Counted from the first letter of the stretch, positions 12,595 through 23,200 are shown. The stretch: 32,000 bases of DNA from an uncultured Opitutales bacterium (GCA_934660865.1 CAKUIA010000012.1:30001-62000); one strand, 5' to 3'. Translations and numbers: made by a program. The notes: generated from the letters alone by a model not told the origin.

Positions 12595-13163
12595 GAACCT
12601 ACTACATACACGGCTTCGCGTCGGGGAAAAACAGCTCCACATTCGGTAAAATCAAAGAGCGTATTTACTCCGCAAAGGCGCTGACATACGACAGCGCAAA
12701 AACATATCGGGAAAATATAAAATCGCTTATTTCGCAGATTGCCCGCGATGAAAGCCCGTGCTGCCTTATAGGCTCGTCTTTGGGCGGCTTTTACGCAATG
12801 CAGCTAACGCCTTTTGTGCACAACTGCTCCGCGCGCCTGCTTATAAACCCCTGCACCTCGCCGAAAAGCGCACTTAAAAAAATGCCCGGCGTTCATACCA
12901 ATTTCGAAACAAAAAAAACATTTTCGATTACTTCGGAGATTTGCGATTCGTACCCGAACGATTTGGATATTGCAAAGCTTTCGCGCGGCATTCCTACCAT
13001 TGTGCTTTTGTCGAAAAACGACGAAGTTTTAGACTACCGACTTGCCATGGAAAAGTTTAGGCGCTGCGCCGACATAGAATATATAGACGGCAAACACCGC
13101 CTAAGCGACTACCCTGCCCTTTTTAAAGCCCTAAAAAAGCTCGGCTGCGCCGTATCGGCGTAG
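12591..13163 (+). CDS. YqiA/UPF0227-like alpha/beta hydrolase (esterase)
   Basis: It has YYIHGFASG near the N-terminus, a nucleophile elbow IGSSLGGFYA, and late Asp/His candidates (NDEVLDY, DGKHRL). The GTG at 12591 gives the family-typical short N-terminus; the alternative ATG at 12567 would overlap the upstream ORF by 28 nt. Confidence 0.7.
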   Translation: MRTYYIHGFASGKNSSTFGKIKERIYSAKALTYDSAKTYRENIKSLISQIARDESPCCLIGSSLGGFYAMQLTPFVHNCSARLLINPCTSPKSALKKMPGVHTNFETKKTFSITSEICDSYPNDLDIAKLSRGIPTIVLLSKNDEVLDYRLAMEKFRRCADIEYIDGKHRLSDYPALFKALKKLGCAVSA

Positions 13164-13187
13164 ACATTTTCGCATGCGCATAATTTA

Positions 13188-13215
13188 AAGCCCCGTACTC
13201 GGGCTTGAAATTTTT
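13188..13215 (+). terminator. rho-independent terminator after the hydrolase gene
   Basis: Stem AAGCCC (13188-13193) pairs with GGGCTT (13201-13206), followed by a T-run at 13211-13215. Confidence 0.5.
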
Positions 13216-13224
13216 AACCAGTTT

Positions 13225-13267
13225 TTGCCGCGGCAAAGTTTTTTGTTTTGCATTGCCGCGGCAATGC
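13225..13267. repeat. two copies of the GC-core palindrome TTGCCGCGGCAA
   Basis: The first copy, at 13225-13236, is a 12-bp perfect palindrome. The second, at 13250-13267 (GCATTGCCGCGGCAATGC), is an 18-bp perfect palindrome. A degenerate TTGCCGGCA follows. Confidence 0.85.
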
Positions 13268-13332
13268 CCGCGCTTTGCCGGCACGCGCCTTAATTTGGCG
13301 AAGTAAAATTTTATATTGACAAGATTTTGCTT

Positions 13333-13348
13333 TTAAACATTTGTTTAA
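13333..13348. promoter_or_regulatory. candidate TetR operator
   Basis: An inverted repeat TTAAACA-TT-TGTTTAA lies between a TTGACA box (13316-13321) and the tetR ATG (13356). Confidence 0.45.
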
Positions 13349-13355
13349 CGTTTAT

Positions 13356-14018
13356 ATGCAACGCGATTTGGAATCTATAATTTCGGGCAAAGACAACGAC
13401 ACCTATGCAAAGATTGTGCGTGTAGCCCTTGAGGCCTTCGCCACCGAAACGCCCGCGGCAATAAGAATGCGCGACATTGCGGGAAAGGCCGAAGTGAACC
13501 TGGCTTTGGTAAACTACCACTTCCTTTCGAAGGAAAATCTCTATGCCGAAATCGCGCAAATGATTGTCGAATACCAAAAAAAGGTATCCGCCGAATTTTT
13601 CGACAGGCTAGAACGCGTAAAAAAATCAAAATCGCGCGAAGAGGCCCGCATTCTCATAACCGATTTTCTCGCCTCGAGAATACGCTGCGAGTCGGAAAAG
13701 AACAAACATGTGCGCAACATTATCCTTATTATGATGCGCGAGGAGCTTTGCAACACGCAGGCGTACTCGCTGTTTTTAAAGGAGATTTTCCTGCCGCGCG
13801 TTTTGGCGGTTGCAAAGCTTGTGGAAATTGCCTCGGGCGGCGAATTTAAGGGGGAAAATTCCCTTATAGCCGCAAAGATGATGTTGGGGCTTACGCACTT
13901 GTTCAACACCGCGCGCACCGGGTTTAAATACGACCTTAAATGGCGCAGAATAGGCAAAAAGGAGGCGGCCCGCGTAAACGCCGTCGCCGAAAAAATAGTG
14001 GCTAAAATTTTAAAATAA
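13356..14018 (+). CDS. TetR/AcrR family transcriptional repressor
   Basis: The N-terminal HTH reads IVRVALEAFATETPAAIRMRDIAGKAEVNLALVNYHFLSKENLY. I prefer the ATG at 13356 over the TTG at 13341. Confidence 0.85.
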   Translation: MQRDLESIISGKDNDTYAKIVRVALEAFATETPAAIRMRDIAGKAEVNLALVNYHFLSKENLYAEIAQMIVEYQKKVSAEFFDRLERVKKSKSREEARILITDFLASRIRCESEKNKHVRNIILIMMREELCNTQAYSLFLKEIFLPRVLAVAKLVEIASGGEFKGENSLIAAKMMLGLTHLFNTARTGFKYDLKWRRIGKKEAARVNAVAEKIVAKILK

Positions 14019-14027
14019 TTCCAAAAA

Positions 14028-15170
14028 ATGAATCGTAAAAATCTGAAAAACATTGTGTGCGCCGCGTTTGTTGCGGCGTATATGTCGTTTACAAGCGGCT
14101 GTTCAAACGGCGCGCAACAGGCAAAACCCGAAGAGCTGCCCGAAGTTGTAGCCGCATTTCCGATAAAAAAAGACGTCGTTTTGGTAGACGACTACACCGC
14201 GCGCCTGGCCGCGGCCGAATCGGTAAAAGTAAGGGCGCGAGTCGGCGGCTATCTTGAACAGGTAAATTTCAAGGAGGGACAGCTTGTAAAAAAAGGCGAC
14301 CTGCTTTTTGTGATAGACCCGAGAACATTCGAAGCCGAATTGGCGTCGGCAAAGGCCCGCGTTGCCGAAGTTCAGGCCAGGGTAAAGCTTGCCGACACTA
14401 ATTTAAAACGCGCAAAGGAGCTTTTTGCGGCCGACGTTGTTTCGCAGGAGGTTTTGGACACGCGCAACTGCGAAATGCTTGCTGCAAACGCCGCGCTTTT
14501 AAGCGCGCAGGCGGTTTTGCGCAACGCGCAGTTAAACCTCGATTTCGCCTACATTCGCGCCCCCATTTCGGGAAGGATAAGCGAAAAGCTTGTAGACATA
14601 GGCAACCTTGTTGTGGCCAATTCCACCGTGCTTACAACCATAGTAAAATACGACGTAATCCAGGCGTACTTCGAGCTTAGCGAACGCGACGTTGTAAACT
14701 ACCGCGAAGCGGGGCTTTTTAAGCAGATAAACGTCGACGCGGGAACCGGGCCCAAAGTAGACCTTAGGCTTTTCGAAAACACCGACAGGGCATATTCGGG
14801 CATTCTAAACTACCGCGACAACCAAATCAGCGAGGAAACCGCAACGCTGGCCATGCGCGCCGATTTCGACAATGCCGACGGCGCCCTTACCCCCGGCATG
14901 TTCGGCACAATTTCGGTTGCAGGCGAAACCCTGAAAGACGCCATTCTCGTTCCCGAAGGCGCCATAGGCACCGACCTTGTAGGCCGCTATGTAATGGTTG
15001 TGGACAACGACGGCAAAGTGGCATACAGGCACGTTGACGTAGGCCGCCTATACGGAAAATTCAGGATAATAACAAAAGGCGTTTCGCAATCCGACAAAGT
15101 TATAATTGCGGGCCTGCAGCGCGCCGTAGAAGGCGCAAAGGTAAAAGTCAGAATCGAAAGCGTGGAATAA
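14028..15170 (+). CDS. RND efflux periplasmic adaptor (membrane fusion protein) lipoprotein
   Basis: It has a lipobox FTSGC and an AcrA/MexA-like layout, with a lipoyl segment (GGYLEQVNFKEGQLVKKGDLLFVIDP), a coiled-coil hairpin and a beta-barrel. Confidence 0.88.
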   Translation: MNRKNLKNIVCAAFVAAYMSFTSGCSNGAQQAKPEELPEVVAAFPIKKDVVLVDDYTARLAAAESVKVRARVGGYLEQVNFKEGQLVKKGDLLFVIDPRTFEAELASAKARVAEVQARVKLADTNLKRAKELFAADVVSQEVLDTRNCEMLAANAALLSAQAVLRNAQLNLDFAYIRAPISGRISEKLVDIGNLVVANSTVLTTIVKYDVIQAYFELSERDVVNYREAGLFKQINVDAGTGPKVDLRLFENTDRAYSGILNYRDNQISEETATLAMRADFDNADGALTPGMFGTISVAGETLKDAILVPEGAIGTDLVGRYVMVVDNDGKVAYRHVDVGRLYGKFRIITKGVSQSDKVIIAGLQRAVEGAKVKVRIESVE

Positions 15171-18100
15171 TGAAAAGCAATATTTCGCACTTTTTCATAG
15201 ACCGCCCCGCGTTTGCAATGGTTATATCCATTGTAATAACGCTTATAGGCATTGTGGGCTATTTTCGACTTCCCGTAGCCCAATATCCGGCGGTTGTTCC
15301 GCCGTCGGTTGTAGTTAGAACAAGCTATCCGGGAGCGTCTCCCGAAATTTTGATGGACACCGTTGCCGCCCCGCTCGAGCAGGAAATAAACGGCGTGGAA
15401 AACATGATGTATTTTAACAGCCAGTGCAGCGCCGACGGCTCCATTATGATTACGGTTACATTCGAGGTTGGAACAAACCTCGACATAGCGCAGGTTCAGG
15501 TGCAAAACCGCGTTGCAATGGCGACGCCGCGCCTGCCAGAAGAGGTGCGCAACATAGGCGTAGTCGTAAAAAAGCGCTCGCCCGACATGCTTGTTAGCAT
15601 AAACCTTATTTCGCCCGACAAGAGCCGCGACAAACTGTATCTGACAAACTACGCCATAAGCCAGATGAACGACCGCCTTGCCAGAATACCCGGCGTAGGC
15701 GATCTGGAAGTGCTGGGCCCGCACGAATACAGCATGCGCATTTGGCTAAACCCCGACAGGCTTTCGCGCTATAACATGACGCCCTCGCAGGTTGTAAAGT
15801 CGCTGCGCGAGCAAAACAAACAGGTTGCGGCCGGCAAGCTAAACCAGGCTCCCATTGCCAACCCCGACTCCGCGTTCGAGCTTACGATAAACACAAAGGG
15901 CCGTTTTTCGACCCCGAAAGAATTCGGCGACATCATAATAAAATACTCGCCCGACGGGAAAGTCGTAAAACTAAAAGACGTTGCCCGCATAGAGCTGGGC
16001 TCTTACGACTACACTACCGATTCATACCTCGACGGAAACCCATGCGTCGGCATTTCAATATACCAGCTTCCCGGCACAAACGCGCTCGACGCCGCCGAGA
16101 AAATACGCAAAGAACTCGACGAAATGAAAAAAGACTTCCCCTCGGGCGTCGACTACGAAATTACAATCGACAACACGACATTCATAAAAACGTCCATAAA
16201 CGCCGTATACCATACGATTTTCGAGGCGGTTTTGCTTGTCGTATTCGTAATTTTGCTGTTTTTGCAAAGCTGGAGAGCTGCGGTAATTCCGCTAACGGCA
16301 ATTCCCGTTTCGCTGATAGGAACATTCGGGTTTATGGATATGTTCGGGTTTTCGGTTAACAACATTTCGCTTTTCGGCATAGTGCTTGCAATAGGCATTG
16401 TAGTAGACAACGCCATTGTTATAGTTGAAAACGTAGAGCGAAACATGAAGCTAGGCATGGACGTGCGCGAGGCAACCCGCCAGACAATGAGCCACGTGCA
16501 AAACGCATTGATTGCCATTACGCTGGTGCTTAGCGCCGTGTTCGTGCCCACGGCGTTTGTCGAGGGCATTTCGGGGCAGTTCTACAAGCAGTTTGCTTTG
16601 ACCATCGCAACTTCAACAATCATTTCGGGCGTCGTTTCGCTGACGCTTTCGCCGGCGCTTTGCGTGCTGCTTATAAAAGACAAAGGCCAGCGCCCCGATT
16701 TGCTTACGCGCGCCATAAACTTCTGCTTCGGCTGGTTTTTTAACGCGTTTAACAGGTGTTTCGAATGGACGGCGAAAAAATACGGAATGTTTGTAAAGGC
16801 AATTTTGCGCTGCAGCCTTGTAATACTTGTCTTATATGTCGGGCTTATTGTCCTTACCGGCTATCTTTTTTCTATTACCCCGAAGGGCTTTATACCCAAA
16901 CAGGATAACGACTACCTGCAAATTTCGGCGCAGCTGCCCGAAGGGTACACCCTGGAGCGCACCGACGAGGTTATGAAAAAAATGCAGAAAATCCTTGCGG
17001 GAACCGAGGGCATTAGGGAATTTATGTGCGTGGTAGGCCTAAACGGCGCAACGCGCACGCGCTCGTCCAATTCAGGCGCGCTGTTCGTGCGAATGACGCC
17101 CAAAAGCGAGCGCATGAAAAAGGGCCTAGACGTAAACCGAATGATGAAAATCATTTCGCAAAAGGTTTCCGAGGCTTTGCCCGAATCGTCTACATTCATA
17201 CTTACGCCGCCTGCCGTGCGCGGCATAGGCGTAGGCGGCGACTTTTGCGCCCAAGTTCAAGACAGAACGGGCCGCGGCGTGCGCGACATAGAAAAATATA
17301 CGAAGATAATAGCCGAACGCGCGCGACGCACCGCGCCCATTATGAATGCGTTTACAACATTCAGGGTTTCGTCGCCGCAGCTTTATTTGGACATCGACCG
17401 CGAACGCGCGCAAAAACTGAATGTCCCGATTTCGTCGATTTTCGAAACGCTGCAATTCAACCTGGGCTCCATTTACGTCAACGACTTCAACATTCTCAAC
17501 CGCGTCTACCGCGTAAAAGCGCAGGCCGACACCGACAAGCGCAGCGAGCTGCGCGACATCTACAACCTAAAGGTGCAGAATGTGCGCGGGGCAAACGTGC
17601 CGCTGGGTTCGGTGGCAAAAATACGGCGAATAATAGGCCCCGACCGCGTATCGCGCTACAACCTGTATCCCAGCGCCGAAATAATCGGCAACCTTGCCAA
17701 AGGCTATAGCACGGGGCAGGCAATGGCCGAAATCGACAGAATTGCCGCCGAAGTGCTGCCCGACGGAATGGGCATAGAATGGACCGATTTGGCCTTTCAG
17801 GAAAGGCGCGTCGGCAATACGTCTATCTACGTATTTGCACTGTGCGTAATTTTCGTATACCTTATGCTTGTGGCTTTGTACGAAAACTGGAAACTGCCCA
17901 TGTCGGTAATTTTGGTAGTCCCGCTCGTTTTGTTGTTCGCCATTTGCGGCGTGCTTGAACGCCACCTAGACAACAATTTGATGACGCAAGTGGGATTTAT
18001 AGTGCTTATAGGGCTTGCGTGTAAAAACGCGATTTTGATTGTGGAATTTGCGAAAATCAGACAGGAAAAAGGCGAAGACGCCGCAAGCGCGGTTGCAAGC

Positions 18101-18322
18101 GCATCGCAAAACAGGCTAAGGCCTATTTTGATGACGTCGTTTGCGTTCATCTTGGGCGTAGTGCCGCTTGCATACGGAACGGACGCCGGCGCGGAGCTGC
18201 GCGAGGCGCTGGGAACGTCGGTTTTATTCGGCATGATAGGCGTAACATTCCTGGGATTGATATTTACGCCCGTATTCTTCTATGTCATTCGCAAAAATTT
18301 TAAAACTACAAAAAATGCTTAG
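15170..18322 (+). CDS. RND (HAE1, AcrB/MexB-like) efflux permease
   Basis: 1050 aa. The N-terminus FFIDRPAFAMVISIVITLIGIVGYFRLPVAQYP is canonical, the topology is 12 TM, and the TAATG junction overlaps the adaptor gene. Confidence 0.93.
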   Translation: MKSNISHFFIDRPAFAMVISIVITLIGIVGYFRLPVAQYPAVVPPSVVVRTSYPGASPEILMDTVAAPLEQEINGVENMMYFNSQCSADGSIMITVTFEVGTNLDIAQVQVQNRVAMATPRLPEEVRNIGVVVKKRSPDMLVSINLISPDKSRDKLYLTNYAISQMNDRLARIPGVGDLEVLGPHEYSMRIWLNPDRLSRYNMTPSQVVKSLREQNKQVAAGKLNQAPIANPDSAFELTINTKGRFSTPKEFGDIIIKYSPDGKVVKLKDVARIELGSYDYTTDSYLDGNPCVGISIYQLPGTNALDAAEKIRKELDEMKKDFPSGVDYEITIDNTTFIKTSINAVYHTIFEAVLLVVFVILLFLQSWRAAVIPLTAIPVSLIGTFGFMDMFGFSVNNISLFGIVLAIGIVVDNAIVIVENVERNMKLGMDVREATRQTMSHVQNALIAITLVLSAVFVPTAFVEGISGQFYKQFALTIATSTIISGVVSLTLSPALCVLLIKDKGQRPDLLTRAINFCFGWFFNAFNRCFEWTAKKYGMFVKAILRCSLVILVLYVGLIVLTGYLFSITPKGFIPKQDNDYLQISAQLPEGYTLERTDEVMKKMQKILAGTEGIREFMCVVGLNGATRTRSSNSGALFVRMTPKSERMKKGLDVNRMMKIISQKVSEALPESSTFILTPPAVRGIGVGGDFCAQVQDRTGRGVRDIEKYTKIIAERARRTAPIMNAFTTFRVSSPQLYLDIDRERAQKLNVPISSIFETLQFNLGSIYVNDFNILNRVYRVKAQADTDKRSELRDIYNLKVQNVRGANVPLGSVAKIRRIIGPDRVSRYNLYPSAEIIGNLAKGYSTGQAMAEIDRIAAEVLPDGMGIEWTDLAFQERRVGNTSIYVFALCVIFVYLMLVALYENWKLPMSVILVVPLVLLFAICGVLERHLDNNLMTQVGFIVLIGLACKNAILIVEFAKIRQEKGEDAASAVASASQNRLRPILMTSFAFILGVVPLAYGTDAGAELREALGTSVLFGMIGVTFLGLIFTPVFFYVIRKNFKTTKNA

Positions 18323-19814
18323 AAAAAACATAACAAAATTTGCACTGCATTCGGCCGCAACGGGCGTTTTAACGCTGTGCGGCTGCACAATGATTCCCGA
18401 ATACGAAAACCCAAACAACACTTTCGGCAGGGAAAAATTGGAGGAGCCAAAATTCAAACATGCAGCAGAGCTTTGGAAAAGCGCAAAACCAGCCGACGAC
18501 CTTCCAAAAGGTGAATGGTGGAGCGTTTTTGGCGACGAAAAGCTAAACGGGCTTATAAAGCTGTGCGACAAGAACAACCCCGACATTGCCGCGGCATTCC
18601 ACCGAGTGGAACGCGCGCGCGAGGCCGCCTTTATGAGCCAAAGCGAGCTTTACCCGCATGTGGCGTCGGCCGACTACTACAAGCGCGACGGCCGAACCGA
18701 AAACCAGGCACCCGTTGCAACGGGCACATACTCGTCGTGGGTTGTCGGGCTGGGAACTACCTGGGATTTGGACTTGTTCGGCAGAATACAAAGCCTTGTT
18801 GTGCGCGACCGCGCTTTGGCACAGGCCACCTACAACACCTACCGCAACCTTATGCTTGCCCTGCACGCCCGCGTTGCAAGCGAATACTTTGCATTGCGAC
18901 AATTCGAATCGGAAATAGAACTGCTGAAAAAGACATTGGACGTCCGCAAAAAACAGAGCGAATTCGTCGCAAAGCGCAAAATGCTGAAATTTGCAAGCGG
19001 GGTGGATTTGTCGCGCGCAAAGTTGCAGGAAAGCGAAGCCGCTGCCGAGCTAAAGTCGCTTTTAAGACGGCGCGACGCATGCGCAAACAGGCTTGCAATT
19101 CTGGTGGGCGAATCGCCGTCGAAGTTCAAAATAGAATGCGAGCCGCTGCGGGAATCGCTGCCGAAAATCCCGTCGGTTGTGCCCTCGCAATTACTGGAAC
19201 GCCGCCCCGACATTGCCGCGGCCGAGCGCGAAGTGTTTGCCGCAAACGCGAAAATAGGGTCGGATACCGCGGCATTTTTCCCGACAGTTTCAATTACGGG
19301 CGAAGTCGGCTTTGGGGCAAATAAAATCGAAAATCTTTTGGGCGCAAGCTCGCTGGCGTGGGGCGTTAGCCCGCAAGTGTACATACCGGTTTTCCAGGCG
19401 GGCAAAATATACGCGCAAAAACAGGCAGATTTGGCGCTCTATCGGGAAAGCGTAGAACGCTATAAATCGAAAGTGTTAGCAGCCATCGAAGAAGTTGAAA
19501 CGGCGCTTTCAAACCTGTCGAATATGCGCGGCGAATACGCCGAACGCGTAAAAACAACAAACTACGCAAAACAGGTGCAAAGCTTTACCCGGCGCGAATA
19601 CGAGCTTGGCAATCAAGACTACTTTGCCGTAAGCGACGCGCAGCGGCAGGCCCTTTTGCACGAGCGCGAACAGATAAAATTGCTGGGCGCAAGATACCGC
19701 GAGTGTGTTGTCTTGGTAATGTCGCTGGGCGGCGGGTGGACATCAAGCACGGATACTCCTCCCCCAAACAAGCATATGTACGAATCCGCAACGCCAAAGC
19801 CCGATTGCGAATAA
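18315..19814 (+). CDS. outer membrane efflux factor lipoprotein (NodT/OprM family)
   Basis: It has a signal peptide and lipobox (VLTLCGC) and the OMF repeat architecture. I prefer the ATG at 18315, which overlaps the RND gene by 8 nt, over the track start at 18282. Confidence 0.85.
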   Translation: MLRKNITKFALHSAATGVLTLCGCTMIPEYENPNNTFGREKLEEPKFKHAAELWKSAKPADDLPKGEWWSVFGDEKLNGLIKLCDKNNPDIAAAFHRVERAREAAFMSQSELYPHVASADYYKRDGRTENQAPVATGTYSSWVVGLGTTWDLDLFGRIQSLVVRDRALAQATYNTYRNLMLALHARVASEYFALRQFESEIELLKKTLDVRKKQSEFVAKRKMLKFASGVDLSRAKLQESEAAAELKSLLRRRDACANRLAILVGESPSKFKIECEPLRESLPKIPSVVPSQLLERRPDIAAAEREVFAANAKIGSDTAAFFPTVSITGEVGFGANKIENLLGASSLAWGVSPQVYIPVFQAGKIYAQKQADLALYRESVERYKSKVLAAIEEVETALSNLSNMRGEYAERVKTTNYAKQVQSFTRREYELGNQDYFAVSDAQRQALLHEREQIKLLGARYRECVVLVMSLGGGWTSSTDTPPPNKHMYESATPKPDCE

Positions 19815-19916
19815 CAAAAAAATCCATCGGCGGGCGGCATAAAAACCGCAGCCATTTAGCAAAGGAATAAAAACACCATAGCATTTATTTGCCCGAAAAA
19901 GTTTTATCCCTTCAAC

Positions 19917-19952
19917 CAAAAAAAACTTCCAAGCCATCTTGGAAGTTTTTTT
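19917..19952. terminator. bidirectional rho-independent terminator after the efflux operon
   Basis: Stem ACTTCCAAG (19925-19933) pairs with CTTGGAAGT (19938-19946) around the loop CCAT. It is flanked by an A-run and a T-run. Confidence 0.75.
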
Positions 19953-20189
19953 ACGATATTTGTCCGCCACCAAAACAATCAATATTTGCCGATGTAATCT
20001 AAAAGAATGCCCCGAACCGGATTTCGATTCGGGGCACGATTTTTACTAACTATAAATCAGACTTAGAATTTAAATGTTCAGATTGCAATAGACATCGCCC
20101 GGAACTTTGGCCGCTTAGCCGAGACATGCGTGCCAATCTTTGTCGGTGCCATATTGCTTACAAAACATATATTTTACATTTGCAAACCC

Positions 20190-20216
20190 GCCGCCGAATG
20201 TTTTGCACCCGGCGGC
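20190..20216 (-). terminator. hairpin just downstream of the autotransporter stop codon
   Basis: Stem GCCGCCG (20190-20196) pairs with CGGCGGC (20210-20216). The U-tract on the minus strand is weak. A second hairpin at 20009-20035 (GCCCCGAA/TTCGGGGC) has a better trailing T-run. Confidence 0.35.
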
Positions 20217-20235
20217 AGGCGCTTATTGCATTAGG

Positions 20236-23200
20236 TTAGAACCTGAATTGCGCACCGAGATTCAAGCCGTGGGCGGAATATCCGCTACGCAAAGTGGCGC
20301 TGTAGTCGACGAACACCGAAGCGGCATCGTCGAATTTGTATTGCAGGCCCAAACCGAGAACCGCAGCGTCTCTGCTAACTTCTTCGCCTTCAAACTTTGC
20401 CGATGGCATATAGCTTGCAGCCTGTGCAATCCTGTAGTCGACATCGTAGGAATCGTCGGCAAATTCGTGCGTCCAAAATGCGCGTACAAGAGCCGAAAAG
20501 TTGCCTGTGATATCGTATTTAACTTCCAAACCCAGCATTGTTCTGAAGTTGAGGAAGTCGTTGCTTTCTACGCTTGCATTGTAGATACCAGCGCCCTTTT
20601 CGTCTGCCGCGTCTGCATTGGAGTATGCCAAGTTGTACATCAACATTGGCTTTATCGACAAGCCTTTTGTCGCAACGTCGGAGAACGTGTAGGCAACGCC
20701 GCCCAAGCTATAGAACGAGTTGGAATCATAATCGGCAGTCGCCGTTCCGAGAGCCGTCTGGCGCGACGTTTCGTTCCAGCCGTGCGAATAGCCGAGGTTC
20801 ATGAATATATCAAGCGGAATCTGGTCGAGAGAATATTCACCGTATACGTTTGCGATGAAGTTCGCCGAGTTTGCGTCCGCGTTGGCGTCGCCGTCAATCT
20901 TGTTGTAGGTGCCGCCAAGCGACAGACCTGCAAATAGGCTCTTGGAAAAGTCTCTCTCTATTGCGGCAACACCGCCTGCCGACCAGAAGTCGAAGCCCGC
21001 AGCATTTGCGCCGCCGTCTTGCGAACCAAGCATGTTTATGCTTTGGAATTCGGCAACATTTGCACCGGCTTTCTCGATTGTGTGTTGCGTGCTATTTCTC
21101 TTAACGTCGGCCCTGGAGGCAAGTCTAAACATCTGAACGGTGTTCATGTTTATCAGCGCTTCGTTGTTCAACTGCGCGATGAACGACTCGGCAGTGGGCA
21201 AAAAGCCGTCGAGATTGATGCTGGTATTCGAGCCGGAGGCAGCCATACCGAGTGTTTCCACATCGCTTTTGAAGTCGCGGCGGGTTTGAATGTCCGCTTC
21301 GCGTGCAAGGGCGTCTTCCTTCGTTTCGTTTTCCGAAGCTTCGATTGTAGCAATACCGTCGAGAGCCGCACCCAAACGGGCGGAATTTGCATTAGCCGCC
21401 TTGTTTTGGAAGTACGAAAGCCTGTTTACTTTCATAGTTACATTTTGATCTGCGGTATTGTCGACCGAGTAGCTGAAGTTGATGCCATCGCCGTCGAGCG
21501 AGCCGAGAGCGTTTACATCGTCCTTGTTCATGCTCGATGCGGTGTTGTCTTTGTCAAACTTCTGGAATGCCTGGTCTGCATTTAGGTCGGCAAGCTTGCC
21601 GAGATCCGTCTTGTCGTTTACCAACATTGTTGCGTTGCCCGCAAATTTGTTGGCTCTAACCGACGCCAAGTAGCTGTTCTTCATTTCGGCTTTTTTTGCC
21701 GACTTTTGAGCGGCAGTCAAGTCCATTGCGTCTACGCTTGCTTCGATTTCGGCAAGTTTTGCATATTCTACGGGGATTGTGATTTTTGCCACATTGCCCG
21801 CAGCATCGGCAGTCATTGCAAGGTTTGCATCGCTTGCCAATTTTATTGAACTTACGCCGGTAAGGTCGCCGGCAACAACAAAGTTGCCGCCGTTTACGCT
21901 CATTTCTCCGCCGGCTTTAACATTGCCTTTTATATCGGTACGGCCTTCGACATTAACATTAAGGTCGCCACCCGTTTCAATGGCATTGCCGTTGAACGCC
22001 GTTTTAACAACTTTTTCTGCGGTATCGTCCCACGAGACGTTTACATGTTCAAAACGTTGGGTTTCGGCATTGAATACATTCTGTTTTGCGCTTACAATCG
22101 CGCCGTTGCCGAAGCTTACTTCGCCGTCGGTTGAAACCAGGCCCTTTGCGTTCGAGGCATCGTTTGTAAACGAATCTGCAACCGCATTAAGAGTGCCGTT
22201 TACGACGAGGTTTTTCGTTTCGGGGTCTACCGCAATAGCCGTACCGGACTTTGAATTTGCTTCGTCTACAACAAGCTTGTCCGTTGCAGTGTCAACTTTG
22301 TATGCCAAAACCGCTTTGGATTCGGCGGATACGGTTCCGTTGATTGCGCCGTTTATTGCATTTGCCTGAACGCCTGTGGCGTTGCCGCCTTCGGATTTCG
22401 CCGAGACAGTGCCGTTAATATCGCCGTTAATGTCGCCGTATACAAGAACGCCGTTAACATCGTCGGTTATTACGCCGGCAACATAGTCTTCTTTGTTGTG
22501 TTGTTTTACGGATTTAAGCGCGGTATTTTCGGCCGAAACCGTACCGTTGATATCACCGTCAAACGAATTTGCGAACATACCCGTAGCCATACCGCCTTCG
22601 GATTTTGCCGAAAGGTTGCCGTTTATGTTGCCGATAACTTCGGCATTGCCCGCATAAATTGCGGAAGCGTGGGCTATGGAGGAGTTGGCTTCGTCGATTT
22701 CCTTTGTATCTTTGCCTTCGCTGTCCTTTACATATACAACGTTGGCTTTGGATTCGGCGGAAATATTACCGTTGATATTGGCACCGAGCCTGTCGGCCAC
22801 TCTGATACCCTTTGCGTTGCCGCCCAAAGACGCCGCAGAAACGTCTGCATTGAAATCGCCGACAACTTCTTTTTCGAAAGTTTTTTCCGAAGAGGAATCC
22901 ATTGCATATTTGCCGTCTTTGTCGGCCTTCAGCTCGACAGTGGCAATTTTATCCGTTTTTTCGAACGTTTCATTGCCGTTGGCGTCAATATATCTGGGCT
23001 TCCACTGTTTTGTAATATCCTTTTCGGATTCGTCCTTGGCGTACTTTTGTTTTAAAGAACCATCGTCGTTGAACGCCGATTCTTCCGTGCCGCTTTGGGC
23101 TTCTGTAGTTGTGTAATCGTACTGTTTAAGAATTACACGCGTGCCGATTTCAATTTTCCCTGCATCGATGGCAACTGCATCGCCGCCGACTGCCTGGGCA

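Noticed and set aside
14987-17965. Reverse-strand and alternative-frame ORFs within the RND and adaptor genes (for example 14987-15724 on the minus strand and 17026-17709 on the plus strand)
   Set aside because: They are Arg/Ala/His-rich shadow frames of a well-supported efflux operon.
19815-20235. A search for a tRNA or tmRNA integration target near the recombinase gene or island edge (the 24829-25092 and 26128-27190 intervals were also searched)
   Set aside because: I found no cloverleaf-compatible sequence and no GGTTCGAATCC-type T-arm by eye. Only terminator-like hairpins are present.
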